Positions 34,903 to 34,955 of a DNA stretch of 34,955 nt are shown one piece after another (within the stretch, counting starts at the first letter, position 1; the number at the start of each line of letters is the position of its first letter). The translations under genes were made by a program, and so were the position numbers. The notes beneath the pieces were generated by a model, which was not told where the DNA came from, made no database searches, and was given only the letters and a program-made list of their open reading frames with translations. This DNA comes from Nitrosopumilaceae archaeon (GTDB lineage: Archaea > Thermoproteota > Nitrososphaeria > Nitrososphaerales > Nitrosopumilaceae), in assembly GCA_021296165.1 (NCBI GenBank), contig JAGWAW010000003.1, positions 1-34,955 on the forward strand. Reading direction: 5' to 3'.

Positions 34903-34955
34903 CTTTGACAAAAACCGCCTCAAAAATGGCTCTGTGACCAGATGTCGATACGCAG

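Noticed and set aside
1-34955. tRNA, rRNA or other classical RNA genes.
   Set aside because: A visual scan found no T-loop (GGTTCGAATCC-like) or rRNA signatures. This cannot be excluded without covariance-model searches.

Overview
This is a high-GC (roughly 60%) archaeal chromosomal window, densely packed with housekeeping genes. The gene content points to a thaumarchaeon of the Cenarchaeum/Nitrosopumilus type: aRF1, EF-1alpha-S10-RpoP, class V fructose-1,6-bisphosphate aldolase/phosphatase, ATP-dependent DNA ligase, tRNA-splicing endonuclease, carA-carB, alternative-heme genes (fused ahbA/B, hemL), a thiolase+DUF35 pair and a 3-hydroxyacyl-CoA dehydrogenase. Most genes have an A/T-rich TATA-like box 22-30 nt upstream of the start codon, which is often GTG or TTG; this implies leaderless transcripts and let me trim many over-long track ORFs. 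The long GC-rich antisense ORFs in the track are artefacts. A lower-GC islet at about 22.0-25.5 kb holds a frame-disrupted Mrr-type nuclease/zinc-ribbon gene and a decayed IS5/Harbinger-like IS. A second, more eroded copy of that IS lies at about 28.0-28.95 kb, and small RHH and triple-zinc-ribbon genes sit just 3' of the first copy. The most interesting observation concerns carB, which is otherwise pristine for 3.1 kb. A 22-nt GC-rich insert sits exactly between the E and F codons of the invariant EFDYSG motif. The insert folds into a bulge-helix-bulge-like structure whose predicted cleavage sites excise exactly those 22 nt, which makes it a candidate archaeal mRNA intron; the endA gene is in the same window. 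Other items are a missing canonical carB start codon, perfect 34-bp direct repeats at the window edge, a 36-bp in-frame tandem duplication, and a TATA element shared by two divergent genes. No rRNA, tRNA or convincing CRISPR array was seen.
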